From contig OX597815.1 in the NCBI GenBank assembly GCA_951406725.2, positions 44,330,001 to 44,394,000 on the forward strand: DNA of 64,000 bases, in the 5' to 3' direction. Origin of the DNA: Octopus vulgaris. Lineage: Eukaryota. The position numbers and the translations under genes were made by a program. A model generated the notes under the pieces. The model did no database searches and had not been told where the DNA came from. It was given only the letters and a program-made list of their open reading frames with translations. The number at the start of each line of letters is the position of its first letter. The stretch's first letter is position 1. Below are positions 41,931-54,232 of this stretch, one piece after another.

Positions 41931-42778
41931 AGGATAACATTACGAAGTTTAAACAAATGTATTAAAGTTTAGAAGGTAGGGAAAGAGACTCAACGTTTCG
42001 GATGCTAGTCCTTCATTGGAAAAAGAAAGATGAGGAAAATATAAAAAAAGAGGAAAGTTGCTGAAAGGTGGAAAATAGGTTAAGGGCAAAGCGTGAATGC
42101 GATTCTATGGGAAGGTGTCAAGAAGGGGGGAGAGGAAGCGGGTTGGTGCGTGATGAGAATAGGGGACAGTATATGTGCGTGTGGTGGTGTGAAGTGCGTT
42201 TGGAGTACGTGTGGATCCATAGGATGTGTATAGGTGTGTGGAAATGTGTAGGTGTTGGAGTATAATGCCTGATAATCTATGGTCAAAATGCAAAACTTAC
42301 ACATCCGCAAAATCTTGACTGCAAATTATGTCTTTGTTGATAATTTATATATATATTTTTTTTTTATTAATGCATCTTCATATGTGTGAGTGTGGAAGAA
42401 AGAGAAAGAAAAGGGGAGAGAGAGAAAGAGAAAATGTGTGTGTGTATGTATTCCTGCGTTTGTTGTTTTCTAAATCTTCTTCTCACGTGTCATACACTAT
42501 AGACGCCTTTCATTTCCTAACTTGTTAGTGGTTATTGATGCTCGGTTTCACTCTTAATTAACCCTCTTTGTCTCGGCCATCAGAATGATGGCGATGACAA
42601 CCATGATGATGATGTTGAAATTGATGACACCACTTCATACAGAAATAATAATAATAATAATATATCTGCTTCCTAGGAACTCTCCAAAAAGTTGGCACAC
42701 CCTATTCTAATAACCACATCCAAGGAAGTTTTGATTTCCCTTTGCCCTAGTTACACAAACCCCTCTTTTTCTCTCTCT

Positions 42779-42832
<54 letters not shown>

Positions 42833-43226
42833 TAACCATTTCTCTGCACACAAAACCTTAACAAACACACAGAGATCTGAATAAGCATGTGTATGTATCT
42901 GTATTTGCATAAGTTCATCTACTCCCTCTATCGCACTCTGTGTGTGTGTGTGCGTCTATGTATTTCTGTATGTATACCAGAAAAGGCCTCCACCCACTTT
43001 TCAAAATACACACACACACACACACACAGACGGACGCGCACTCACACAACAAACTTCATTGGGGGCAAAAGCAATTTAGACTTTTCTTAAACAAGCTTAT
43101 AAAGTTTATGAAGTGTTTTTTTTATAGTCTCCTGTTTCGTGTGAGTAGTACGGAGACTTTCCATATTAATATACGTATACATTCATGTATTTGTATAAAC
43201 ATGCATGCATATATATACAAATATAT

Positions 43227-43322
<96 letters not shown>

Positions 43323-43372
43323 TATATGTCTATATATATATGTATATTAGCATGCAGATATATGTGTGAGTG

Positions 43373-43406
<34 letters not shown>

Positions 43407-43410
<4 letters not shown>

Positions 43411-43614
43411 ATCCAAACATGAAAACACAAAGAGAAAACACAACAACGCGAGGACGTGGAACAAGTATAGTATTATTGGACGCTCAGGAAAGACGGAAAG
43501 AAGGAGGGTTTAACGTTTCGAGCGGAGCGCTTCGTCAGAAACATAGGAAAAGGAAAGATCCAAAGAAGGGAAGACGGAGGGAAAAAAATCGCCAACGGTA
43601 CACACACGGTCACA
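43407..43614 (-). mobile_element. ~200-bp Penelope-like terminal repeat (pLTR or retrozyme-like) next to (TA)n
   Basis: Contains a minimal hammerhead motif; pyrimidine-rich sense strand. Confidence 0.65.
43508..43542 (-). ncRNA. Minimal type I hammerhead ribozyme motif
   Basis: GUUU-CUGACGA-AGCGCUCCGCUC-GAAA-CG-UU-AAAC; stem I GUUU/AAAC; palindromic AACGUU in place of helix III. Confidence 0.7.
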
Positions 43615-43696
43615 AGGGTTAGTGTTAGGGTTAGGGTTATACAAGTCTATAAACATCTAAATAAACACATGTAATATACAAACGCAAAGCGTATGT

Positions 43697-44101
43697 CTTT
43701 TATCTTTTACCCGTTTCATTTGACTGCGACCATGCTAGAGCACCGGCTTGAAGGGATTTAGTCGAACAAATCGACGTCAGGACTGATTTTTATTTTTAAA
43801 GCCTAGTATTTATTCTTTCGGCTCTCTTTTGCCAAACCGCTAAGTTACAGGGATGTAAACACACCAGCACCAGTTGTCAAGAGATGGTGGGCGACAAATA
43901 TAGACACAAAGACACACACACACACATACACACTATATATGTATATGTATGTATATGACGGGTTTCTTCCAGTTTCCGTCTACCAAATCCGCTCACAGGG
44001 AAGGAAGTGGTCGACCCGGGGCTATAGTGGAAAACACTTGCCCAAAGTGCCATGCAGTTGGACTGAACCCGGATCCATGTGGGTGGGAAGCCACGCCTGC
44101 C
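43697..44101 (-). mobile_element. SINE family A
   Basis: Reverse-complement match. Confidence 0.85.
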
Positions 44102-44506
44102 CTTATACATTTTTTCTTCTTTCTGTATCTCCCCCTCTCTCCCCTCTCCCTCTTTCTCTCTCTCTCTCTTCTAGTTTTTGTCTTGATGGACAGACTATTC
44201 TCTGTAAACACACACACAACTATAGGTAAATATAGTTGAAAATCCCACGCCTCCAAATTCTACAAAAACGTCAATAATCCGAAAGGTTTCCAACAACTGA
44301 CATGACAAACCACAAATGTGAACATCCATTACTTGTACATTACTTTAAAAATAAACTACTTTATTTATTAGCTTTGTTTGCCTACTTTACATAAAACCAG
44401 ATTCCTGAATATGGTAAAGAAAAAATGATTGCAAAATGGGTACGCGTACTGTAATCTTTTAATCAGAACATGGCATCGTAAGTGGAGACACGTATCTTAC
44501 CTATAT

Positions 44507-45127
44507 TGGTTTCACATTTTGGTACAAGGCCAGCGATTTCGAGGTGGGAGTACATCGGCTACATCGACCCCAGTGCTCAACTGGTACTTATTTTATCGAT
44601 CCAGAAAGGGATGAAAGGCGAAGTCGACCTCAGCAAAATTTGAACTCAGAACGTAAAGGCGGACGAAATTCCGCTAAGGCGTTTTGCCCGGAATGCTAAC
44701 GATTCTCACCGCCTGAATTATACTCTTTACTCTTTTACTATTTTACTTGTTTCAATCATTTGACTGTGGCCATACTGGAGCACCACCTCGAGCAAATCGA
44801 CCCCTGGACTTATTCTTTGTAAGCCTAGTACTTATTCTGTCGATCTTTTTTGCCGAACCGCTAGGCTACGGGGACGTAAACACCAGCATCGGTTGTCAAG
44901 AGGGACAAATGCAGACACACAAACATATATACACAAACATATATATACATATATATACATATATACGACGGGCTTCTTTCAGTTTCCGTCTACGAAATCC
45001 ACTCACAAGGCTTTGGTCAGTCCGAGGCTACAGTAGAAGATACTTGCCCAAGGTGCCACGCAGTGGAACTGAACCCGGAAGCATGTGGTTCGTAAGCAAG
45101 CTACTTACTACACAGCCACTCCTATGC
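44507..45127 (-). mobile_element. Adjacent family-B (44507-44712) and family-A (44722-45127) SINEs
   Basis: Reverse-complement matches to both consensi. Confidence 0.85.
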
Positions 45128-46179
45128 CTTTACATAAAGTATTTTTTTTAATTATATAAAACTATAATTCAAAATATATGTCTAAGTTATATTACAGAGT
45201 GGAAATGAATATTGTATTTAGACACGAATCCCGTATCCAAGTTGTCCGAAATTATACATGGAAGTATTTAAAAATTGCTCTGAAATTCGAAAGTCTGAGA
45301 TCCGTAATACATTCAAAGCCCCCCCCCTTCCTCAACTGGAATTTCGGGTAAAGGATCCTCTGCTAAATATGTAAGCGTATATATGTAAATACTTACGAGT
45401 GTGTCAAATGATGCTCCTGTATTTTAAAATCGTAAAACTTACCCATTCCATAATGATAGATTGATAAAATATGTACGAGATCGAAGTAAATCAGGGGCTG
45501 ATATGTCGATATGATCAATGAATACTTTTGAATAGGATGCTCCAGTGTGAGCGCATTCCAATCATGAAATAGCAAACAAGTAGATGTGTGCGTGTGTGTG
45601 ATTTTGCGTATGTGTGTGAGTTTGCGAGTGTGTGTAAGTTTGCGTGTGTGTGTGTGAATTTGCGTGTGTGTGCGCGCGCGTGCGTAATATCAATAAAATA
45701 CAGAAAACATATCATTTTGTGCCTTTCGCACCTTAGCCTATCCTGTGGTTTGATGTCCCGCGATGTACCTCACTGGATATAGGAGTGGAATGTTGAACTT
45801 ACTACTGAGTTGAACTTCGGTCACATGTCGCACTTCACAGCCCATATACATTACACACATACATACACACACACATGTTGTGTGTGTGTGGGGGCGGGGC
45901 TGTATGTGTGTGTGTGTGTGCATATATGTATTATTTACAAGCAACGGTAGTAGTACTAGTTCTGAATAGCAATCAGTATATCTTACTTAATAAAGGCATT
46001 CTGTGACAAAGCGACAATACTGTTGTATTCGTCTTGAGAAAGCAACTCTTATAGACGCATAGATCTACGAAGTAAAGAAGTGTCAATACATATAAATATA
46101 ACCTGGGCAGATTCAAAGCCGTAGCTGTAACTAAAAAACAGTCAACACCATCTATATTACATATATACATATCCGTATG

Positions 46180-46261
<82 letters not shown>

Positions 46262-46319
46262 TGTGTGTGTGTTTGTGTCTGTGTGTGTGTGTGTATTTAT
46301 ATATATATATATTTGAAAG

Positions 46320-46620
46320 AAGTAATCACGCACTACAGCTGTTTCAAAAGGATTACAGGGTGCATATTAAATATTTCATGGCCATCCGGTATCCTTTTTC
46401 AACGGGTGCATACAGCTATTCTGTTGGAAATTATTTCTATATGCCAAATTATAGGAATTTTCTTTCTGATCTCGATATTGGACGAAGTGTATTTGATGAA
46501 TTGATAAACAAACTTTATTGATCCACTATCGTTTCACTTGTGTTTCCTATACAAGCTTTGTTGATGTTAGATGCTAACCAACGATTTTTACCACGATCGA
46601 TTGAGTGCTCCTACTACATG
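46320..46620 (-). mobile_element. Penelope-like 3' end with decayed hammerhead (46330-46410)
   Basis: UGCAC-CCGUUGA-AAAAGGAUAC..GUAAUCCUUUU-GAAA-CAGCUG-UA-GUGC; upstream frame ends SRSERKFL*, resembling PLE GIY-YIG C-termini. Confidence 0.6.
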
Positions 46621-46647
46621 GTATATACATGTGTGTATGTATATCAT

Positions 46648-46686
<39 letters not shown>

Positions 46687-46707
46687 TTGTGTATTTATAC
46701 ATATATA

Positions 46708-47652
46708 CAGGGCCGTCGCATGACTTTTAGAGGCCCCGTGCAACTTTTTGTTTCAAGGCCTCATCTCTTCAATCAAAATTCATGATCTACGCACTTTTTA
46801 TTCATAGCTATATTTTACTTTATTTTATCTGAAGTTCAATATTTCACATTATCTATCCTTTAAAATTACAACAGGTTAAATTTATTCGGGGCTGGAACTA
46901 TCGTATTATTTCATATTTTTAAAGCCAATACTTAATGGGGTTGAATATTTATTCAATGGACTCACAAATATCAGAAGACGAGCATTTCAAAATAACAACT
47001 GTGAAGTATAGTTGTCTCAGCTTTTGAATGCGAAGAAGTTTATTCAAGAACATTAAACTACAAAAAAATTTTCAGTCCATAACAAAAGCAAACTATTTCA
47101 AATTATATATTTTTTGAAAAATAGACGTGACTAATCCCAAAGACTTGATAACAGTAGAAAAAGCCTTTTTTAAATTCTATATTACAGTTAGCTGTTGCAA
47201 TATTTCGATTGGATAGACAGTGCTGCAATTCAAACTGTAAAGTCAAAATACCAAAGATGCAAAATATGAAGAATTTCTTACTTTTCTCTAAAATCACAAA
47301 TTCAAGAAAAAAATAGTACCTGACAAAATAAAATAACTTGATCACAAACTAGTTACAACTAAAGAATCGAGATGTTTGGTGACAGTGAACAAATAATATC
47401 TGTATCCCTACATATAAATATTGGCTTTAAAAATATGAAATAATACGATAGTTCCAGCCCCGAATAAATTTAACCTGTTGTACTTTTAAAGATGTTCTTT
47501 AGGATAGATAATGTGAAATATTGAACTTCAGATAAAATAAAGTAAAAAATAGCTATGAATAAAAAGTGCGTAGATCATGAATTTTGATTGAATAGATGAG
47601 GCCTTGAAACAAAAAGTTGCACGGGGCCTCTAAAAATCATGCGACGGCCCTG
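46708..47652. mobile_element. hAT-like element with ~230-bp inverted arms
   Basis: CAGGGCCGTCGCATGA..TCATGCGACGGCCCTG; arms 46708-46934 and 47415-47652; possible TSD catatata/tatagata. Confidence 0.8.
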
Positions 47653-47789
47653 TATAGATAGATACACACACAGACACACACACAAACTTCATTTTATTGC
47701 CTTAGGAGGTCAAAGGCAACTGTTCTGGGTACAAGGTGACCGGCTTTTCAACAATGTCAAATAACAACGCCAAACATATATATATATAT

Positions 47790-48232
47790 AATAACAAATG
47801 GTAAAATTAATTAATTAAGAAGTAATCAGTAATTTCACCAAGTAGAATTCGGCATGAAAAAGACCATTTCATGGTAAGCTTAAGTAATACTTTATAATTA
47901 GGGTTCAGCAAAGATTTGCTTCATCACATACCGAAGTTTAGAAATAGCAGTCAAAAAATCTTAGCTATTCCTTCTACTTTAAAAGGGGCTCCCAGAAAAA
48001 CCAAAGTACCTGAAAACAATCCACGCAGGCAAAAGGGAAAAATAACAAAAATCAATCGGTATTAGGTTACCCACGTACGCGCGTTTCGGGATTAGATCGG
48101 TATAAAGAATAAATAATTATACCTTACCCGACCATTTTCGGCTCATCAGCGTGGGATTCCTGAAATATTAATTATTAAATATTCGGTATGTGGTGAAGCA
48201 AATATTTGCTGAACCCTAATTATAAAGTATAT
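47790..48232 (-). mobile_element. Penelope-like pLTR with short inverted duplication, inserted in (TA)n
   Basis: 47889-47937 inverted at 48182-48230; contains a hammerhead. Confidence 0.7.
48070..48155 (-). ncRNA. Type I hammerhead ribozyme motif with intact core
   Basis: CCCACG-CUGAUGA-[55-nt domain II with GGUAUAA/UUAUACC hairpin]-GAAA-CGCGCG-UA-CGUGGG; perfect 6-bp stem I, GUA cleavage triplet. Confidence 0.8.
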
Positions 48233-48332
48233 ATATATACAGAGAGAGAGAGAGAGAAAGAATGAAGAGAAAAAAGGGAGAGACAGAGAGAGACTAAGAG
48301 ACGTATGTGTTTGGTAAATGTCTGTCTATCCA

Positions 48333-48363
<31 letters not shown>

Positions 48364-48919
48364 ACCTCTCCACCCTCGCTCTTTGAGCTGGCCAAAGCCT
48401 TGTGAATGGACTTGTAGACGGAAACAGATAAAAGCCAATCGTGTATATGTGTGTATATGTATGATTATAAGTATACATCCCCACCTTTCATCACCATTGC
48501 TTCTTTTTCTTGTCTTTTCTGTTGAAGTTGTTATTTTCATTTTGGTGGGATCCCTACGGAATTCGTTGAAAAGCCTTTTTCATTTACTCTTTTCGTTTCT
48601 TTTAAATTTATTTACGGTATACCCTCGTATTTTTTTCTTCGTCTGGCTTGAAATTTTCAGTTAACATTTTAATCAAAGTAAATAGATGGCTCATCTATGT
48701 ACTTTGATCTTAATATGCGACCGCAGGGAAGGCAGGGGCTTAGCGACGGTCCTGCACAAATGTATACATATATGGCGCCATTCAAGACCCTGTATAGGTA
48801 CCTTCTTTATTGAAAAGAAGAAAGTCACAGTTGACCACGGTAGGATTCGAACTCCGAGTGCAGTGAATCGAAACAAATACCGCACTACAGTCTATCGAAC
48901 ATTTTAACGATTCTGTCAA

Positions 48920-50173
48920 TACGATGATATTGCAAAAGTGGGGATAAACTATTTATTAACTGACATAGGGCTTTCAAATAGCACATTGTTAAGGTAACAC
49001 TTGCTCTTTAGTAACTTCTCTTCCCATTCTTCTTCATTGCAGACAAATAATGGGTTTCAAGAAGAAGCATTGAGCAGTCACTGAGCTCTTGACCTAGGAA
49101 AGCTGCCGGCCGTTCGACATCCACAGAAAACTATACCATTGATAAGATCAATAAACACAGATGAATGATGTTCAAAATAGGATAAACCAACATTAAAGAC
49201 AAGCCATGTAGTGGGGGACCAGCAACTGCGACCACTGACACGAATCGCCACCGAGTGGACGAGTTGCTTAGCACGGACAGACGGGTAGTAATCTATGAAC
49301 TTGTTGCACGATTGAGCTATTGTCGCATGCCTTAAAGGAGATAGTGAAGTTTAAGACTGGGTATCGGAAAGTGTGTGCTAAGTTGGCATCTACATAGCTG
49401 ACACTTGATTTGAAATAGAGAACAGTAGAAGTCTAATCTGGTAGACTGGAATCCTTTGTAACCTATGAAGACACGTTTTATTTTTCCGATTTAAAGACAA
49501 AGGATGACACATAGGCGTACATTATGATACGAAAACAAAACGCTTTGACCATGGAATAGCACCTTGGAGAAGACGCTCCAACACCTAAGCAGTTCAAAAC
49601 CCAGCGACCCGTTCAGAAAGTTATAGTGACTGTTTTGATTGATAACAAAATATCGTTTTCTTTTAGTTTCTAGAGCGTGGCTACACCGTGAAAAGCGAGC
49701 TGAACATTGAGACACTCAAAAAGGTTAGGAAAGAGATTAGGAGGAAGAAACCGAATAAAAATCTGAAAATTATCCACATTCACGATGACTATAAGCAACA
49801 CATCTTTGGCAGTAAATCAGGTAGTTGGCAAACTAGGCAATCAGTGATCACTCTCCAACGTTACAACCTGTATCTGGCGTTCTCCGACTTCTACTTCTTC
49901 GGTCCGAAGAAGGACACCAATTTGACGGTACAGACGAGGTGACAGTGACTGTGAAGACGTGCGTACAACAATGCACACCCGAATATTTTCAAAGACGTTC
50001 TGAGAGTTAGGTCCATCGATGACTCAAATGCATCGCTTGCGATGGAGACTATGTTGAGCAATACCTTCGTATAGATGTAGAGTTACTCCACTAACATGTA
50101 CAAATTGAGTGATATTTGTCAGTTGATAAAAGCGTTATTCCCAGTTTTGCATTACTTTCGAGACAACTCTCAC
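48920..50173 (+). mobile_element. Old near-full-length mariner element of a different subfamily
   Basis: LGYRKVCAK.., ETKR..ME*H..PTPKQFKTQ..KVIVTV, YNLYLAFSDFYFFGP (YSPDLAPSD-like), KCIACDGDYVE; decayed TIRs; ~1.25 kb. Confidence 0.85.
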
Positions 50174-50605
50174 ATATACATATGTATGTATATTGCCTCA
50201 ACTCCGCATTACTTGAACCTTCTTAGACATAACTGAACATCCAGTTCATCAGATAGCTGAGATTAAAGTGTAGAGGAATAATTATTGTTCCAAGCGAAAG
50301 CAGTTGTAAATTTCCATAAGTCAATCCTAGTGACAACACTTTTTGGCTTGTAGCTCCGTGTAGAAGTAGTGACAGCCTAGTGACTCCAGCTCGCCTGCTA
50401 CCTGGAAAACTTGCTACTGTTGACTCTTCAGTAGTACTGCATGGAGATGTATACCAATTGTTGCTGTTCTACGGAGGAATATACGCATTTTCCAGCTAAG
50501 GCTTCACAGCTAATCCTGTTCAACAACAATAAGCTAAACATAGCTCTTGATATACTCTCTTCTTTCTTACCAGAAAACACCAGAAGCTTGAAATGCAAAC
50601 AGACA

Positions 50606-50875
50606 TCACACTTAGCAATGTACAATTCACATAGAAAAACGAAACTATTAGCAATTTCATACAATATATCTACATCATTCGGCGAACACAAGGAAGACAT
50701 GTTAAAGAAAGTAAGAGCGGTACAAACATACTTAAAGCTCTCACACTTAGCAATGTACAATTCACATAGAAAAACGAAACTATTAGCAATTTCATACAAT
50801 ATATCTACATCATTCGGCGAACACAAGGAAGACATGTTAAAGAAAGTAAGAGGGGTACAAACATACTTAAAGCTC
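50606..50875 (+). repeat. 135-bp tandem duplication, 1 mismatch
   Basis: 50606-50740 and 50741-50875; TC microhomology at the junction. Confidence 0.95.
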
Positions 50876-51705
50876 TCCTAGAAAGCACATTGTTAAAACA
50901 GAAAAAAAGCTTGTAACGAAACTATACAAACAATATAAATGCCCTTAATATAAGTAAATATATTCAAGAGGAATAATTTATGGATTTTTCCCTTATGAGG
51001 TTTTTCACGCAAACTACTTGATAAATTCTTATAAAGATTTTATCCTATGTTTCAAACAATATATTAGATACATCCTAAAATCATTCAACAGAAACAAACA
51101 TAAAATAGATATACAAAGATATACGCATAGAAATTGACTAGCATCTATAAACGCTTTATAATTAAGCAAGGTTTCAGATGCACACTACCAATAAAAGAAC
51201 GGTGAGTCGCCTGTAGTTGTTCGGTCAAATACATAAGTTTTCTACATCAGCTTGATCAGAGCTGATCTGGAATTACAACAATAAAATAACTACATAGACA
51301 TCATCCCTGTCATTCATACTACAGTTAACAACGATATCAAATTAATTACTGTCACCACCTCCATTACAAATAAAACCAATTGTATAAATAATAGGAAAAA
51401 AACCCACCAGTCAAAATAGTAACCAAATATCCCTCAAATCCCACCACAGTGTCTTAAAAAAGGAGGACATAATTTAGTCAATACATACATACATTATGCC
51501 TCGATACAACTAGACTAGTCAAGACTTGACTGTCTCTGAACCTAGGACACAGCTCAGTAGGAGCTCACTTGGAAATGAATAACAATAGTAGCCGGAAATT
51601 GAATTCTCAAGGTTTCTTTTCAGTTCTTTTCTTTTTGATATCGTGGAGCACAAAAGGAGAGATAAACACATTTCATCTCAACTTTGACCTTGGTCTCATT
51701 TTTTC

Positions 51706-51763
<58 letters not shown>

Positions 51764-51869
51764 CAACGAAGAAAAAATAAATACTCTAGTGTCCGATAAA
51801 ATCAACATCATAGTCGCGAAACGTTTAGGAACCAAAACAATTATTGCCTTTCTCGTCGAGGAATATCTA

Positions 51870-52075
51870 TGCAGTCTTTTGAAGTGCTAGAAATAGCAGC
51901 TAAAATTTCTCTCAAATTACACCCTATCAGCTTTATAGAAAGACAGATACAGTGGACAAAACTGTCATGCATACGCTAGATCTAGTAAAAAGTATGAAGA
52001 GGTCAAGGTTGCTCTAGTATGTCTGTCAATAGGTCAGACGGATTAGAGCTGAAATGGCGCTAAATATAAACACCG
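51870..52075 (+). mobile_element. Dispersed repeat family F (also ~1985, 2985, 20860, 32525, 51405)
   Basis: tgctagaaatagcagc.aaat.tc.ctcaaattacaccct..ggtc..ggc..agagctga..gctaaa. Confidence 0.65.
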
Positions 52076-52607
52076 TCTACTCATACTAACACTGCTAAAT
52101 CTCATTAATATAGAAGTTAGCAGAATTATAACAATGCCTATACTTCATAAAAGCTGGAACAGAATCAGCATCACACATGTTCATAGACAGAAAGTTCACT
52201 CATTCCTTAATACAACTTACAACAGAGATTCTGACCTCTACACTCACCTATTTACACGACTGATATATCTAGGCTAAAAGAGTGAATTGTAGTTTCAGCA
52301 ACATCAAAAGCAACACAAAATTAAAACTTCCGCCTACTCATAAACAAACTGCAAAGCACTTCCTTTAAAAAGAAAAACCCACTAACTTGCAACCCCTCTC
52401 TCTCTTTCATTCTCTCTTTCTCTCTCTCTCTCTTTCAGTTTGCTATACCTAGGTAGGTATATTATTCCGCCAAAGAGTTCCATTTTCTCACCCACTTGTT
52501 TAAACCTATATCAACACAAAACAGCCACACAATCTCATAAATAGATGAGATCCAAATACCATAGATCAGGTTCCAAAACGAGCTAAAAGTAAAACTTGAA
52601 TTATGCA

Positions 52608-52779
52608 AGGAGTGGCTGTGTGGTAAGTAGCTTGCTAACCAACCACATGGTTCCGGGTTCAGTCCCACTGCGTGGCACCTTGGGCAAGTGTCTTCAACTT
52701 AGCCTCGAGCCGACCAAAGCTTTGTGAGTGGATTTGGTAGACGAAAACTGAAAGAAGCTCATCATATATATGTATATAC

Positions 52780-52843
<64 letters not shown>

Positions 52844-53381
52844 GTGTGTTTGTGTGTCTGTGCTTGTCCCCCCAACATCGCTTGACAACCGATGCTGGTG
52901 TGCTTACGACCCCGTAACTTAGCGGTTTGGCAAAAAGAGACCGATAGAATAAGTACTAGGCTTACAAAAGAATAAGTCCTGGGGTCGATTTGCTCGACTA
53001 AAGGCGGTGCTCCAGCATGGCCGCAGTCAAATGACTGAAACAAGTAAATGAGTAAAATATCCACTAGGGGTAAAAAATGTGTAGAAAACGAATATGAAAA
53101 CAAAACTTTGCACAAACACAGACACACACGATAACACACACATACATATATACAACGGACTTCATTCAGTTTCCGTCTACCGAATCCACTCACAAGGCTT
53201 TGGTCGAATCGAGGCTATAGTAGAAGACACTTGCCCAAGGTGCTACGCAGTGGGACTGAACCCGGAGCCATGTGGTTCATAAGGAAGCTACTTACCACAC
53301 AGCCACTCCTACGTCTATGTGTGTGTGTGTGTGTACGTATATATATATGTGTGTGTATGTATATATACATACACACATACA

Positions 53382-53450
<69 letters not shown>

Positions 53451-53604
53451 GACAGGCTTCTTTTAGTTCACCATCTACCAAAGCCATGTGAGTGGATTTG
53501 GTAGGTCCGAGGTTATAGTAGAAGATACTTGACCAAGGTGCCATGCAGCGAGACTGAACCGGGAACCAAGTGCGTGGGAAGCAAGCTTCTTACCACACAG
53601 CAAC
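52608..53604. mobile_element. Family-A SINE (52608-53057, plus) followed by two inverted heads (53110-53312, 53450-53604, minus)
   Basis: Direct matches to consensus on opposite strands. Confidence 0.9.
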
Positions 53605-53842
53605 GTGTTTATTAAAATAAAGATGGTTTAAACTTTTAAATTTACCCAACACAACGGTGAGGAAAGAAGAAGTGGTTATATGGATGTATGGATGCAATTT
53701 CTATTGCTTACTCATTTATTAACAGAGAGAAGGGTTAAAAGATTTTCACTAATATTTGTTTTAGGAACAGGTTTACTATTATCCAGTTTGAGAAGCATTG
53801 GTATAGTAAACAGCCTCAGACAATACGGTGTGCAAAATATAT

Positions 53843-54232
53843 TCTTTTCTACTCTAGGCACAAGGCTCGAAATTTTGGTGGAGGTGGCCAGTCAATTAGA
53901 TCGATCTCAGTACGCAACTGGTACTTAATATATTGACCCCAAAAGGATGAAAGGCAAAGTCAATCTCGACGGAATTTGAATTCAGAACGTAAAGACAGAT
54001 GACATACTTATTTCTTTACTACCCACAAGGGGGCTAAACACAGAGGGGACAAACAAGGACAGACAAACGAATTAAGTCGATTACATCGAGCCCAGTGCGT
54101 AACTGGTACTTAATTTATCGACCCCGAAAGGATGAAAGGCAAAGTCGACCACGGCGGAATTTGAACTCAGAACGTAACGGCGGACGAAATACCGCTACGC
54201 ATTTCGCCTAACGTGCTAACGTTTCTGCCAGC
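53843..54232 (-). mobile_element. SINE family B dimer
   Basis: Two cores separated by the gtttagccccttgtggg linker. Confidence 0.88.

Noticed and set aside
45222-45363. Tigger/MER2-like MITE
   Set aside because: Inverted ends too degenerate and no TA TSD confirmed
45436-46070. Possible minus-strand exons with GTAAG donors (~45440, ~45985)
   Set aside because: No consistent acceptor or frame chain and no recognisable protein; cannot be supported without RNA data
50428-50881. 135-146 aa ORFs on both strands with an internal repeat
   Set aside because: Created by the 135-bp duplication; no recognisable domain
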